Shown here one piece after another: positions 50,991 to 64,000 of a DNA stretch of 64,000 nucleotides (its first letter is position 1; each line of letters starts with the position of its first letter). Under the pieces are notes generated by a model. The model had not been told where the DNA came from, did no database searches, and saw only the letters and a program-made list of their open reading frames with translations. Made by a program: the position numbers and the translations under genes. Origin of the DNA: Vicugna vicugna. Taxonomy: Eukaryota. Location of the stretch: assembly GCA_013265495.1 (NCBI GenBank), contig MU061579.1:6486124-6550123 (forward strand), read 5' to 3'.

Positions 50991-53742
50991 TTCATTGTGT
51001 CGTAGAGAAAGATCAGGGAGATTCTGACATTTTCTATTAGGGTCAATCCAGAAGCCAGGTACAGTATAAATAAGGGAGAATAGCTGGAATATTTACAAAG
51101 AAACATGTACTCCTTTCAAACTTAAATGTCAGCAACAAGACCAGGTGGCTGCAAAATTGAGAGCTGCAGCTGGTCAGTGTTGGTTAGCAGCCAGGCAAAT
51201 GCAGAGTATCTGGGAAAGAAAGAAACAGATTTTGTTTCCACACTCATTAGTAAATTCCATTTGGAGGTCTAGCAGCTGCTCTTGATGATAAGAAACCTTG
51301 AAACTGTTTACTCCTTAAATCTATAATAAGCTAAATTTATACACTCTATCTAAAAGATTTTCACTTGTTTGGCTTTAGCACTGAATTTTAATTGTCCAGA
51401 GGTCTTCTTTTCTGGCTCATTTCCTTTGTCATTTCATTTTTACTTTTATCTCCTTATAACATTCCTGAGTACAAGAGAACATTACTCTATACCTGTCATT
51501 AGAGAATGTCAGCTAATACTTCAAGTCATGAAAAAAAAAAAAAAAGCCACATGAAACCACCCTCCTCCAAATTCCTGCATGGATGGAAAGGGAGAAGAGC
51601 AGAGACAATATTCATTTCTGAAAGCACTAATAAGGTCAAGAAAGTGTTCTCCCTTGGGGAATATTAATTCTGTGTTATTGGATCCATCCATGAAACCTAT
51701 GACAGCATAAACTATATCATCCTTCAGTCCTATAAAGTAGCTAGAACTCTGCACTGTAGTCATTGCAAGATGGCCCTAATTTTTCACCTTTCCCAATATC
51801 AATACTCTTTACCACATCACTTTTTTTAGGGCTTTTAGGCTGTGACTGCAGCCTCAGCCATTGGCTTGCTTTACTTTGTAGGAAGTCAGCCAGGGTGACA
51901 AAAGTAAGTTGGAAAGATACTTTTTGATTTGGGCTGTAATTAACTGAATATCTTTCTAGAGATTTGTAGTTGTTAAATGCATGAGTCTATTTTTTTGTCA
52001 ACTAGATTTTTTTTGTCTCCCAGGGAAATGAAACAGTAAATTTAGAGTTTTGGAGCCAGGAATGACCTTAAAAAGAGCTTTACCCCAGTATTACTGTTGA
52101 TTTAAAAAAACAAAAAACAAAACTGTTCCCAGATAGTTTAGAATATGCCCCATTTGGAGACACATATTTGGTTGCTAAAAGTAAGGCTATGATTCATATG
52201 TCCTGTGTCAACTCCCAAGCCAGGATTTGGTCTGTAGCATGGCTCTTCTATTTACTCTTATGTCTGCATTTGGTTAAGTGCTTAGTGAAATACAAACTTT
52301 CAGAAGATGCTTACAAGAGATACTTGTAAAATAATAAATAGACTTCTTTTGGCCACTAGAGCAGAATTCAGTACAGCACCACAGCATGTTGTTAAAAATG
52401 TGTGGTTGTTCTGAAAGAGTTAATACAGCTCTGAAAATGCATACCTTATGCTTTCAGAGTAATTTATGCGCTGCCAAACCTTATGTAAATCTCATTTCAC
52501 AAGCCATGCTTGAGGAATACTGAAATTGCTGCTATTCACAAGACAATATTAGCAAATATATTTTTCCTATGCTAAATATATCCTTGTCATTTTTATTATC
52601 TCCTAGTGTGCTTATACTTATTACTGACAAGAAAGATTTATTTAAATATTTCTCTTTGGCCTTTAGATCTACAGAAGTTGCAGAAAAAAATTATTCTGTT
52701 TTCCATTTGTTTATTCCCTATCTTGTCATTATATTGGTAGTTATATTACTATAGGTTTTGGTAACCATCCCAAGATGTCCATTAGGCTTAGCTCTAAAAA
52801 CATAAGAGAACAAATTGACAGAGTCAGTGAATCCTTCCAAAGTTTCCTTTGTTTATAAACATCTATTTCATAAATAAAAAGCTTTTAAATTTATTAGGTT
52901 TGCCTTAGTGATAGCTATTATACCAAAAACTGTATCCATAAGCTGCATTCTAATTTTTTTGTTGAAGTTTCTCAACTAATTTCTTTGCATTAACAACTGT
53001 GATCCTACATACAAAATTTCATAAGCCAATTGTTTAATATTCATAAGGGATACATAACCTTAATTGTCCTTCATTAATCAAATAGCTGCACAGTTAACAT
53101 AAGCTTGAGGGGAAGTCAGAATTCTAAATATTTGGATGAAAAAGAGTCACTTTATTGCTAGGTTGAAACTATTGCTAGGCTCCATATTCTATTTTCACAC
53201 TTTGGAAATAAGAAATTTCACTTATTGTTAAGGAAATTGCACCTTACATGGTATCATTTGAAAGTCACCAGGAAATTTTATCTATTATTTCTGGAAATCA
53301 TAACAAAGTTAATTTAAAGAATATTTACATAAATAATAAGCACAAATACATGATTTTAGGAAATTCACTATTTTATGCATTGATTTAACAGTATTGTTCA
53401 AATTTCTAGAGAAATTTTAAAGCCATTATTCTCAATTGAATCTGTTTCTGAGAACTGTAATTCTTGGAGTACCTCATTCTAACTTTATAACTTGTCTTTA
53501 GCATTTCTTATGATATAATATCTGTATTTTACAAGTGTTTATATATCAAAGTTCTCATACCAACATTACTTCAATATAACTCTCATGACGTAGTCAAAGA
53601 GCTTCATAAATATTTCACTACCTCATTTTATCTCAAATTGCTGTAATGAGAAACTCTTTGGGAACATTTTGGTTGAAAAAACATGAATTCCACCCAACTA
53701 TGTCTAGTTTGTGTCAAAAGGAAATTTGGAGGCTTATAAAAC

Positions 53743-54541
53743 TGTCAGTTCTGGGGTAAATTTGACTTAAGATATGTCAGCACTCAAGGGCACAAAGCAT
53801 ATCACCAAATCTCTGTCTTCATGCCTGGGTGGTTGTCATTCTCAGGAATGCTTTTCCTTTTATTGGCTACTATCACCCCTGGAAGCCCTAGTGTTACTGT
53901 CAGAGCAGACAGATAGCTAGATATGAGCAGAGAAAGAGGGCTGCAGGCCAAATGGCAGGATTTGGGACAAAAAGGAGGGGAATAGGCCAAATGCAGGAAA
54001 CCCTTCATCATGAAAACAACAGGGGACCCTAGGCTGAGTAAGAAAAGCAGGAACCTCTGGGAGGATAAGCAGTCACACATTTGGGGGTGAAAAGTGGCCT
54101 GGAGGCCAACAAAGAAAGGTGGGAAAAGGCAGGAATCTCCAGTGTCCCAATATAACTTCTTGCTCATTATGCCCTCATTACAATAAAATTAACCTTGTAG
54201 ATTAGAAGCACCCATCGTGCACCGATGCCATGACATTTCCAATCCAGACTAAGTAAAGACAAAAGTCCCTCCTCCCTTTGGGAAGGTGGAGTTGAGAAGA
54301 AAATCAGGGAATATGACCCTCAAACTCTTCCCTCCCCAGTGAATATTCTGCCCATTCATTTTTACATTCTATGTAACCAACTTGCCAAAGAAACTCAGGG
54401 CAGCTGCTCACCTGAGCCTTCCCGCTCTCCCCTTGAATGGGTACTAACCATTCCTTAATAAATCCTCATTTTACTTTCTTCTGCATCCCGTTTCTGAATT
54501 CTTTACGTGACAGTAAAAAAACCTAGTTGTCACTGGCAACA
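53743..54541 (+). mobile_element. ERV1-like LTR
   Basis: LTR-type 3' end 'gctctccccttgaatgggtact...aataaatcctc...tctgaattctttac...cactggcaaca'; the 5' boundary and TSD are uncertain. Confidence 0.6.
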
Positions 54542-54549
54542 TTACAATA

Positions 54550-54760
54550 TTTTCAGAGAGAAGAGTCCTATTTCTCTCAGAAGTCTAGGAAAGTAGTCCA
54601 GCTATGACTCTCATTGGCTCGGGCTCACAGGTCCATGCCTGAGTCAATAACTGTGACTGGGTTATGAAATGTTCTGAAGGACTGGTCGTGGGCCACATGC
54701 CCTGCATTGAAGCCAGACGGAGGAGGTAGCCTCACTGAAGCCACACTAACTGAGAGGGGT
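54550..54760 (-). mobile_element. MLT1 (J/K/L-like) fragment
   Basis: 'gactctcattggctc...ggtccatgcctgagtcaataactgtgactggg...gggccacatgccc'. Confidence 0.55.
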
Positions 54761-56009
54761 AAAGTCATGACTTCTCAAGAAAAGAAAAGTCATGACTTCT
54801 CAGCACATACAGACTCACCAGCTCACACAGCCTTATATAGCCGCAAGTAACATCTATAGCTTTATCTCTGCTTTGGACAATAAAAAAGATGTTGTGATAG
54901 CCCTAAGACATTCATACCCACTGGTATAACAAAGAACATACTACAACACTTAATTAGCATTATTGGAAATCTGTACTCCCTGTCAGATTCTCTGAATCCT
55001 GTCAGAATACCTGAATTTCAGAGCTAACATTTTCCATAATCTACCTAAAGCAAAGAGTACAGAAGGAAACCTAAGTCACACAAACTTTGTAACTGAGAGA
55101 GTTGGTTGCCTGATTTTTTAAGTCATGGCAATACTCTCAGGAAGTGAAGACTTCAGCTAGCAAATGAAGGAAGTCATGTAGAGTGGAAGACTAACTGTGT
55201 GTGGATATTCAAGTTTTAAATAATGATTGTCCATTTAACAGTCAGCCTGAAAGTCATTCCACCATGCAGTATCATAATGAGCTCAATATACCACTTTTTT
55301 TTCTGTCCAGACAATACTCAGAACAACAGTAGGATCTCAGGCAGCCATATAAGCTGTCCGAGCAACACACTCTACTTGCAGGGAATCAAACAAGAGAAGG
55401 ATGCCCATCTATTCAACATTACCTATTGATGTCTATTATTTGTTAGGTACTAGGAATAAATCGGTAAATAGAAAAACAAAAATCCCTGCCTTTATAGAGT
55501 TACTATCTAATGTACTAAGACATATTGATCCTATTGTTAACTTTCCTTCTCACTTTTGAAGCCAGTGTTTGTCCTAGTTTTTCTCTGTACCATTGCATAT
55601 TGCACATCTCTGCTTGTTTAATTTATTAGTTAGTACTGACTGAAGTACTATTTGAGGTGTGATCAAGGCGTGACGTCAACTAACTTAAGGAGATCATGAC
55701 TTTAGCTATGCTATCACACAGAAAAGAGAAGAGTAACCCCATGATATCCCACTCCCACTCTTCTGTTTGTCAAGCTTACTGTATTTTTGTAAATAATAAT
55801 TTTGCGAAAACCATAGTTAGCTGGAGTAACATTTAACTTTTTTTCTGATAGCAGAGGAAGAAGAGCTTTTGCGCTTATATGTAGGATTTTTATAATACAT
55901 TAATGGTGACACTTTGATCATCTATGTACAGGAAGAAGAACAAGAGAGAAGGCATGTTGAGAACTGGTTCAAAGAGGATGTGGGAGTACGCTCTGCAGCT
56001 AAGCCGAGG

Positions 56010-56455
56010 ACTCGAGTGGACATCAGTATGATCACCTCCCTTTGGAAAAAGCCTTCCTCCATCTCATCAGTGAGGTTCCTATAAGGCTGCCACGTTCTTA
56101 TATGACCCCAATTTTGGCCACAGATTAGTGGTTCAGAACTCGTTGCATGATCCAAACTAGACAAATCGGTAAAATTCCTAGTATTCTGAGATTTAAAAAT
56201 TGTGGACTAAAATAATCAATTTTTCCGCTATGGCCAAAGGTATGAAACTGAGGAGCTGTTTTGGGTTTATCTTTTCAACCATGAAGAGAGAAACATTTGT
56301 CTGAGAGAATAGACACCACAAAGAGAAACAATGATGAAAGGAAGCAAGTTCTAATGGCACTCACGTCCCTGTTACAAGTACTTCTGATAAATTTCTCTTA
56401 CTACTTAAGATGGTTCAGGTTGGTTTTCTGTCACTTACAAAATGTACTAACACAC
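56010..56455 (+). mobile_element. MLT1 (J/K-like) LTR
   Basis: 'atgaccccaattttggccacag..tggttcag..gcatgatccaa' and terminal 'cttaagatggttcaggttggttttctgtcacttacaa'. Confidence 0.55.
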
Positions 56456-56804
56456 AATTAAATGTCACTAAGTGACATTAAAAGTCCTGATACTTTGTCC
56501 TTACAGTTTTTTAGTTTCTTTACTCTCTGTCAGTTTAACCTCTTTTAGCTCCTTCCTGTTTAGTTGAGAAGCCAATTAACCAATTCCCTTATAATTGTAT
56601 CTAAACTGAGGTTTAACTGCATCTAAACTAAGATTTCTAATTACATCTAAATTAAGTTTAGAAGTACTTCGTGATGGTGTGGACAGTTCTCTTTTAATTA
56701 GAGTGTCTGAGCATTACTGCTTGCGTCTTGTGACAGCTGTTCCAATAGCCAGAGGTCTTGTTGCTTTCTTCTACAGGGCAAACTTCACGTATGTTAGGTT
56801 TGTT

Positions 56805-56921
56805 ACAGCAATCAATTGTCCTGGTTTTCCTGGGACCAAATGGCCTCCCAGGATGCTGGACTTTCAGTGCTACAATTGAAAGAAAAAGTCCCAGGCAACC
56901 TGGAACAAGTTGGTCATACTG
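56805..56921. mobile_element. MER81-like (hAT-Blackjack) MITE
   Basis: 'tgtcctggttttcctgggac...ggactttcagtgcta...aagtcccaggcaacctggaacaagttggtca', with an internal inverted-repeat structure. Confidence 0.65.
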
Positions 56922-56957
56922 GTTTTAGAAGTGGCCTTGTGAAAATGTGAGGCATCA

Positions 56958-57205
56958 TTGTACAGCTGAGTAAGTGCTTAGGCTCTGGAGTTCTGGGTGA
57001 AAATCCTGGCTCTGCTGTTTATTGCATCATCTGTTACAAATTATTTAACCTGTTTATATGTCAGATTTCTCCATGTAAAATGGGGATAGTAATGATATTT
57101 TCTTATTAGTTATAATTTGTGCATTGCTAATATATGTAGCCCTGATTATAATGCCTTGAACATAGTAAGGACTCCAATTTAGCTGCCATTGCTACTGTTG
57201 TTATT
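56958..57205 (+). mobile_element. MIR
   Basis: 'aggctctggag..ctggg..aaatcctggctctgc...tgtaaaatggggatagtaat...catagtaag'. Confidence 0.75.
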
Positions 57206-57603
57206 ACTGAGTTTCTAGTTCCTATAGCTAAATTGATGGCATACATTTTAAAGGAAATTTCATACTGGACTCCCCACAAGGCTTGAGTAGAACATATGTC
57301 CTAAAATACTCTAAGCCTTTTTGTACCATGCAGATTTTAGTACCTCCATTATCTGCACACGGTCAGACAGCTTTTTCTTCTTTTTAAGTTTTATGTTCCC
57401 TAACTTCACTATATCATTAGAGACTTCTCTGTGTTTAATTTATAAAACAGAACACTTCATTTGTCCTATAAAGTTTCCCACTCTTTTTTTTTCCCCTTAT
57501 GAATAAGCAAAAAGAAATGAGGACAAGGATAAGAAGAGGAGGGGGTGAAAGAAACGGTCACACAGTCATAAAATGTTATACTAATTAGAAAAGAATTTGG
57601 TGT

Positions 57604-58112
57604 CATTACCAAATCCAAGCTTGTACTGCTCTCCAATACTACAGCTTGAGAGGTAAGTCGTTGGGGCAAGGAATAGCAACTTTATTCAGAAAGCCAGCAG
57701 ACTGAGATGATAAACTAGCATCCCGAAGACCCATCTTGTTCAGGTATGGATGTTAGGCTCTTTTATAGAGCAAAAGGAGGAGGGGAGGGTGAGGAGATAA
57801 AGTAAAAGAGGAGATAAATTGTGACAAACATATTCCGGTTCAGGACTCTGAAGAGGATGTGTTAATTTCTTCCTTCCTGCAGGCAATCATAGATGGGCCT
57901 GGTCAGGACATTTCCTGTGAGCTAAACAAAAGTATTTTAGCTTAATGCTTGAGCATGGGAGGCAAGGTTCCCGGAGATGGGCCATTATGAATACTTAAAG
58001 ATACAGGCAACATCCCTTTAGTGATTAATTTGTAGTAAAAGCAATATAATACAAAGGTTAAAGTGAAAGAAATAGATCTAATATGAAGTCGGGTTTGCTA
58101 TTCCCCATTACA
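57604..58112 (-). mobile_element. Solo ERV1-class LTR (related to 49860-50278)
   Basis: Antisense of the same R/U5 core (aataaagttgctattccttgccccaac); starts TGTAA on the minus strand; flanks gtgt/gtat form a 4-bp TSD with one mismatch. Confidence 0.8.
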
Positions 58113-58954
58113 GTATTTGCTCTAAATTTAAATCCAATTGGATTCGCACTGAATCTATATTCAATGGCATTCTTTTTATTTGTCCTTTTTCTCAAGGGAA
58201 CTCTTTTTCTAATACCATTTCATAAAACACAGCAGTTTTAAAATATTAAATAGAACATGACAGGGTATCTTTTTAAGTGCAGTTAAAAATGGATTTCACA
58301 CACAAAAATAATAATAATAATAGCTTTTACTTTTTATTGGGGGACTTGGTGAGTCCCAATACTAGGTTAAATGCTTTACGTATGCTGGATCTCATTTTTG
58401 CTTTTACAACGTTTTATGACTTAAGTACTCTTCTTTGCACAGAAGATCGAAAAGCAGATAAGCCTCAGCTTAGAGAGAATAAGTAATTTTTGAAGTAATA
58501 TAAATAGAATTTAAATACGTTTGTTTTATTTTGCTCAAGTTAAATTGATAATTTTCTTATCTATTACTTACGAAACTTTCTGTCATATTCTAGTTCCATG
58601 AATCTCCTAATCTTCCAGGGTGTCAATAATTATAATTACTTTTGGACTACATGCAATGGCCCCTATTTGTATATTTAGTGTCATCTAGATTTGAATATCA
58701 ATTTTATTTTGTTTTTTTGTTTATGTGTTTGTTTTTTTTTTATCAGAGCAGGAGGGTTTCTAAGAAGCTATTCATCTGTCAGATACGCTCAGCTTACCTC
58801 TTATCACTGATTCTGTTCTGAAATTATATTGTGATTGCAGTAACTGACCCAATATCCTGTGAATCCCAACCTAAGTCCTTGATAGCCACTTTGATACGTC
58901 TTTAACAATATCTATGCTTCTCCCCACTTGGCTTTATCCCTTCAGAAACTAGAC

Positions 58955-59152
58955 CTGGGTCAGAAATCTAAGACCAGTAGGTCAAATCTCACGCTTCCTG
59001 CTTTTGTAAATAAAGTTTTATTGGCACATAGCCATGCTATTTGTTTACAGGCTAAATAACAGAGTGGCATAGTTACAAAAGACACTCCATGGACCACAAA
59101 GCCTAAATTATTTATTATTTGCGCCTTAACATAAAAAGCTTGCTAGACCTTA
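58955..59152. mobile_element. MER58A (hAT-Charlie)
   Basis: 'ttttgtaaataaagttttattggcacatagccatgc...ggaccacaaagcctaaattatttattat'. Confidence 0.8.
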
Positions 59153-61246
59153 GTCAACTAGACTGTTGAACTCAAACCTGTTAGATTCCCTCTGATCTGG
59201 TTTTGCATTTGCTATGTCCATACCTAGGATTCTTGTCTGTAGTTGAGAAGCCTTCCTTCTGGCCCTCCACTTCAAATGATATGATTAAACCTCCCTTAAT
59301 TATCTCCTTGATCTGTCTATATTCAATGTCATGGTCATTGCGTCTGGGCCATTGTAATGCCTTATATATGATATGTTTCAAAGAAGCAAGTTTATCTTAT
59401 CTTTTACTCATTCATTTGTTCTAATTAGCTCAACAGGAGGGGAGAGGAAATGTACTGGCATTCCACATATGGGACAATGACATCACAGGTGGCTGACTTA
59501 GAGAAATTAATTCTTTATTATTATTTCTAGCATGTATTATATTCATGGTGTGTTTATTTCCTTTTTTCAAAATGGCATTTAGGGAGGGAAAATTACAGAG
59601 AAATTCTTTTTTAAAAAATTCTGGCATGATGTGACCTTTATTATTTTCTTTAAAGAGTAATAAGAGCAAAATTCTGAATAAGACTCCAATATACACATCT
59701 TTCCATGGAAGGATAGGACTTCATCAAGCAAGGAAGCCATTAGAGGATAGTTGTTGTTATATCAACTTAGAGCATTTTAAAAATCATAGCCACAGCTATA
59801 GAACTCCCAATGAAAATGAGCTAAAATTAAAAATTCTCAGGTCCATAACTGTGGCTCCCTGTTGCTGGGCTACAGTCCAGATTCCTCCCCAACTGACGAG
59901 TTTGCATGACTGTTCTTTGAAGCGAGAAATTTTCCCTTGTTTCTTAATCCTAATTGGGCTAGCTGGAGCAGGGCAGGCTGCTGCTGATTAAGACAACTCC
60001 CTGAGAATTCGGAATCAAGCAATGAGCTGTATAACTGAGGTCTGATGCTTATGACCAGGATGTCTCGGGGACACAGCTCCTTCTAGAATAAGCAGCAGAA
60101 GGCCTGCAAATTCTTAGATAAAGACTCTGCTTCCATGAATTTCTTATAAATAATAGCTTCACTGGCACAGATTATAAGAAGAACAATGTTCTCACTTGAA
60201 CTTAGGGAATTTTTTATTCACTGAAAATTGAGAAAATAGGGGAAGTGGCTGCTTTATATTTAAGGATTTATATTCCATTGTCATTGTAACCACAGCGGGC
60301 ATGAACCACATTTTATCTCTGGTTTGATACGGAGCGCTCCTTGAAACACCTGAGGCTAAGAGCAGTGCCTCTTGTACGTAGGTGATATTCCTCTCCTGGT
60401 AGATTCCAATTGCTGGCTTGATCTTCTGATTACCTAAAGCTGTTTCTCATCCATCTGTCATAACACATAACAAGATATTTAAAAGAATGTCTGACAACCA
60501 ATGTGAAAAGCTATTTAGTTCTAGTCTAGCTTTTCCAAATGGTAGTACATTGATCAGCCAGGCAGTTTAATGACTCTGCCATCTTGCATCAGCAGTTATT
60601 CTCTAAATTAAGTCATATTCCATATAAAAGCCTGATTGTTATTCAGAGCGTGTCCCAGCTACAGCTGTAAGATTCGATTAAATCAATATGTTCCTGTGAG
60701 GAACAGCTTGTTGGGGGAAGGCAATGTGAAAATGCACAGGGTAACAATAGAAGAAAAAAAATTCAAAGTTTCATTTTACTAATAAAGTTTCAAGGTGTGT
60801 TTTCTTATCCTTGTTAATATCTCTTTTCAAAGACTCTTCCTTTGGAGTCTAAAGTTTTCTTGCCCCAAATGATGTGTATAAGAGCTCGTTGAAAATGAGA
60901 AGATAAAATTCAGGAGATTACTTGAGCTAAAAGCATCAGGTCTTATATATACAAGGTGAGGCATCTGGCTTGGAATAGTTGGTAAAGTGATCAAGTACTC
61001 TCATTTATCCAGTGATACTAATAGAGGATAGAGTTACATCATCGCTGTCCTTGTCTCTGCATTTAAATAGTGGACTCTGAGTGGCATTCTAATCCTGCCA
61101 GGATTATAGACAAATTAGGAAGTAGCATAGAATTGATTTGTAAGACAGACCAATCTCTGTTCAATTCCAGGCCCTCCTATTTACTATGTGTGTAAACTAA
61201 GCCATCACTTAACTCTTTTGTAAAATTACTGTACTTTTGAAGCCAA

Positions 61247-61692
61247 TGTATGTGATTGATTGGAGTATTGATCCAAGTTCTTTACCCTTTGTTATGTGAC
61301 TCTGTAGCTCCTCCTACCACTGACAGAGTATATTTCCTGACCCCCTGACTTCTGGCTTAGACATGGAGTGAATGTTGAGCAATGGGAAATGGGTGAAATG
61401 GCAAAGTTCTAATCAGGCCTCGACAACAAGAGGCATTGCAGGTTTCAGCTTGCTCTCTTGCCCTCTGCCATTACCATGTGAATACGGTTCAGCTGAGCCA
61501 TTGATCCAAGGAAGACAAGAGACACGAGGAACACTTGCAGATGGACCTTGCTGGTGAGAATCACCTAGGCAAGCCCAAACTGGATTGGCTGAACCCTTGC
61601 CAAACTGCAAAAGCATGAGCAAAATAAATGTTTATTGTTGTGTGTCTCAGAGATCCTGTAGTAATTTGTTAAGGCAATATTTGCTAATAAAC
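61247..61692 (+). mobile_element. MLT1 (G/H-like) LTR
   Basis: 'tatgtgactctgtagctcctcctac...gagtatatttcc' and terminal 'gcatgagcaaaataaatgtttattgttg...tttgttaaggcaata...aataaaca'. Confidence 0.7.
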
Positions 61693-61914
61693 ATACTTTG
61701 CAATTTATATACTTACTGATTGTACTGGGTAGTGACACTCCTAGTGAAGGAAGGTGAAAAGCACAAACATGGCAGGATATAGGCTGACTCTCAAGAAATT
61801 TAAAAGTTATTGTGGATACAGACAAATACAGTCACTACAACACTGGAAAAACCTAAGAAATTTACTGTGAAATCAAGATGGAAAGGTAGTGGTAATGTGG
61901 AGGTCAGGTAAGAC

Positions 61915-62035
61915 ACATTCATTCATCCAACAAATATTTATATAATGCTCATGCTTATTATGTGCTAGGTACTGGCGAAACAATGGTTTGCAAAACAGAT
62001 TCATTATCTATTTTCATAGAGCTTATCACCTAGTA
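61915..62035 (-). mobile_element. L2 3' end fragment
   Basis: 'cattcattcatccaacaaatattta...tatgtgctaggtactgg'. Confidence 0.65.
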
Positions 62036-62409
62036 AATGCAAAGAGGAGGTAATACTTGATCCTGGATAGGAGGGTGAACTTTTTGCCCCCATTGGCAAA
62101 GACAAAGGAAAGACTATTCAAGCACAGTAGATGGCTTGTGTCCAGGAGCACAAAACTGGGTGGAGTGATCTGAGTGAGAAGGGGATAGGTCTTTGCTTGA
62201 ATGTACAGTGGAAGATTCAGGTTCTCAGAGCTTACTCATCAAATTCCCAGTCCCCTCTACCACCGCCAAAATGCTCACCAAGAATTCTGGATCTCTAAAT
62301 TTCCCTTTTTTCCTGAAATTTACTGTCATCATTCCATTCAGCCTTATGCCATTTGTATTTTGTTTCTTAAGTGTTAACCTTGTTTCCACAACTAGGTTTT
62401 AAAACTTGT

Positions 62410-63810
62410 AAATATATAGGCACTTACTATGTGCCAAGAACTGGTGCTAAAGCTTACAATAAAGTGCAGTAAGACAGTAAAGAAACAAGGTCAATAAGTA
62501 AATTACATAATATGTTAGATGGTAATAGTTATAATAAAGAAAAATAAAGCAGCACATAGAAATAGGAAAATCTGAAGCAGCATAATTTAAATAGAGTAGT
62601 CACCAAAACCCTCATTAAAATGCTGGTGTTTTCTGAAGAAAGTAAGGAAGCAGGTCATAAAGACATCTGAGAGGAAAGCAAGCCAGGCAGAAAACAGCAA
62701 GTGCAAAGGAGAGGAGGGATCATATTTCATTGATCAAGACATAGGCATGATGTCATCTCATGGCTGGTGCAGAGAGAGAAGGAAGTAAGACATTATGTCA
62801 GTGAGCAGGAACTAGATTGGGTGGGCACTGTGTTCTCTGGTCTTTACTCTGAGTTAGAAGAGAAACCATTGGAGGCTTTTGAGCAGGGGAGTTCATGATC
62901 TGACTTACATTTTAACAGGCTTCTCTGTTGATAACAGACTAAAGAGACACAAGCACAGTTTGGAAGCCAGTATTTATGTGACAAATGAGGGTATCATAGA
63001 CCAGAGTACCACAAAGGGTTGAGAAATGGTCAGTGCTAGGTATATTCTAAAGTAGAGTCCACAGGATTTATATCAATGACTGAATGTATGGTGTGAGAAG
63101 ATAAGAGCAAAGATCAGTTTGATGTGTCTGGCCCTAGTAACTGGAAATATGAAGTTGCCAATTACTGAGACAGAGAAGACCATGGGATGAGCTACTTTCA
63201 TGGAGCATATCAGGAATTTAATTTTAGACATATTATGTCTGAGATATTTATCTCTAGATCTGGATGTAGAGTCATCAGTCAAATTTATTAGTGTAGAATT
63301 CAGGGAAGAGATCTGTGCTCTAGACATAAATTTGGGAGTTGTTGGCATACTAGTAGAATTTAAGACCATGAGACCAGATGAGATCACCAAATATGTAACT
63401 GAAATAAAAAAGAGAAAATGTCTTAGGAGAGAGCCCTGGGAATTCCATACTTTAGAGGTCAGGGATATTAGAGTTAACCAACAAAGATGACTAAGAAGGA
63501 GCTGACTGTGAAATAAAAGAACAAACTAGTAGAGTGTGGTGTCCTGAAAGCCAAGAATCAGACAAAGATCAATTGGGCCAATCAATGCTGCTGACAGGCC
63601 AAAGTGAAACAGGACAATGGCATCAAGGGAGGTGATAGGTATCAGAGAGAAAAAAGCAGCACATAGGAACAGGAAATTCTGAAGGGGTAAAATGCTTTTA
63701 CAATAAGATAACAGCATGTTTGTAAGTTGCTGGGAATATTAATTCAAACTAAAAATAAGATGTAGCAAAGACAACAGACAACTGCCAGGGCTATGTCCTT
63801 GAGTAGTCAA
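62410..63810 (-). mobile_element. L2a LINE fragment
   Basis: 'gcacttactatgtgccaag', 'aacagcaagtgcaaagg', 'ttttgagcaggggag..catgatctgacttacattttaa' and 'gacataaatttgggagttgttggcat'; ORF 63073-63390 contains L2 RT-like residues. Confidence 0.85.
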
Positions 63811-64000
63811 AAGAGATGGGTCTTGAGAGTTGGTGCCTATTTCTGTATTTCCATGGCCTACCACAAGTCTAACTGGAGTTCAGAATATTTGTTGACAGAC
63901 TAATTTCTCCCATGGATGAACAAAAAATAAGGACTATCATAAGACTAAGAAAATAATTCTTTGGAAAACATTTCATTATTCATTCAGTTTTACTGACATG

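Noticed and set aside
56461..56479. Perfect inverted repeat aatgtcact-a-agtgacatt (and a small hairpin at about 52430-52460)
   Set aside because: Arms of 9 bp or less are expected by chance in 64 kb of AT-rich DNA and are too short for a miRNA precursor.
49860..58112. Two related LTRs about 8 kb apart as the ends of one provirus
   Set aside because: They are in opposite orientation, differ in length and U3 sequence, each has its own TSD, and no gag/pol/env remnants lie between them.
59181..59424. Overlapping ORFs as a small gene
   Set aside because: No recognisable protein similarity; the minus strand contains an L2-like 'catagcaaatgcaaa' motif, suggesting a decayed LINE.

Overview
AT-rich, CpG-depleted mammalian genomic DNA (intergenic or deep intronic) that is mostly transposable-element relics; I find no intact protein-coding gene, rRNA, full tRNA or CRISPR array. 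It contains eutherian-wide repeats (MIR, L2, L3/CR1, MLT1, LTR16, MER20, MER58, MER81, Zaphod-like). I saw no Alu, B1, Bov-tA, PRE-1, Can-SINE or ERE elements, and the L1 3' ends are cetartiodactyl-type, with one stub resembling camelid L1, so a camelid source is plausible (inference). The only host-gene-derived sequence recognised is a disrupted, intronless, internally shortened cTAGE5/MIA2-family retrocopy (about 920-2333, +). The most notable structures are: a 33-bp tailless tRNA-Ile(AAT) 5'-half inserted with a 19-bp target-site duplication exactly across the junction of a twin-primed inverted L1 (24423-24493); a solo ERV-K-type LTR with a 6-bp TSD nested in an L1 3' UTR (18531-19181); and a 5'-to-3' complete L1 lacking most of ORF2 (30602-34230). 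Most listed ORFs are L1/L2/LTR fragments or chance ORFs. Family names come from recalled consensus sequences, and boundaries without a TSD are approximate. I see no convincing evidence of a novel biological system.
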